From: Dicyema japonicum
Taxonomy: Eukaryota > Animalia > Dicyemida
NCBI GenBank assembly: GCA_011109175.1
Contig: RDEW01000008.1
Location: 629,954 to 693,953 of the forward strand
DNA: 64,000 nucleotides
Reading direction: 5' to 3'
Shown one piece after another: positions 63,600 through 64,000 of the stretch. The notes below the pieces were generated by a model that was given only the letters and a program-made list of their open reading frames with translations, was not told where the DNA came from and made no database searches. Positions within the stretch are counted from its first letter, which is position 1; each line of letters begins with the position of its first letter. The position numbers were made by a program, and so were the translations under genes.

Positions 63600-63960
63600 T
63601 ATTAGGTTACACGAGAAAACTCTCAGAGTTCTGTATTAAAATACTTTCGGAGGAATAATTAAAAAATATACAGTAAAGTCCCTTAAATTGGCCCAAAATT
63701 GTTCCTGAACTATTGCGGCTAATTTGAGAATTTGGCCAATTTGGGAATTTGAAACACCTGGGTAATTCAGATTTTGAAATCATAACTGGCTTTAATTTAT
63801 GGGTTCCAGTTATATTTGTACTTAACAAAATTGAAACCGATCTTTAAAAATTATATCCACCAAATCGTGTTTTTCATATACTCTTGGACGAAATATAATA
63901 AAGTCCTATCTTGTCCATATTTTAAATTTCGTCTTTTTTATAATGTTTGGAAATTTCTTC
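63600..63960 (-). mobile_element. Pogo/Tigger DDE transposase fragment
   Basis: NITGTHKLKPVMISKSELPRCFK, a typical DDE_1 motif. Confidence 0.7.
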
Positions 63961-64000
63961 AGTGATCTACAAATCCTTCTAGGTCAAATTGTTTGTCAGT

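Noticed and set aside
1-64000. CRISPR arrays, rRNA or snRNA genes
   Set aside because: No regularly spaced repeat-spacer array and no recognisable rRNA, U1, U2, U4, U5 or U6 signatures were seen.

Overview
AT-rich eukaryotic (animal-like) nuclear DNA. Host genes have ultrashort GT-AG introns, mostly 21-29 nt. Together with a ciliary gene (IFT172), this best fits a dicyemid mesozoan or a similarly compacted animal (inference). Compact host genes (IFT172, S28 carboxypeptidase, PPIL3, a triple-FERM protein, MDH2, OXSM, ferritin, a few unknown ORFs) lie between dense, nested transposon remnants. These include APE-type LINEs, RTE, CRE-like and R4/Dong-like RLE retrotransposons, a tRNA-derived SINE, Buster- and CGGBP1-like hAT elements, Ginger-like DDE integrase transposons and a Tigger fragment. 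Best signals: (1) a covarying RNA stem at the 3' end of at least 9 diverse LINE copies, whose 5' arm is the last ORF2 codons (GGG ATC ACN stop); (2) a gene with three tandem FERM domains; (3) DNA transposases carrying host-type mini-introns; (4) 2A-like ribosome-skipping peptides in LINEs; (5) a structured SINE family; (6) an OXSM whose catalytic Cys reads as Phe. Single-base indels in conserved host genes suggest residual assembly errors, so pseudogene calls need caution. Coordinates of degenerate elements are approximate, and all homology calls are from motif recognition, not database searches.
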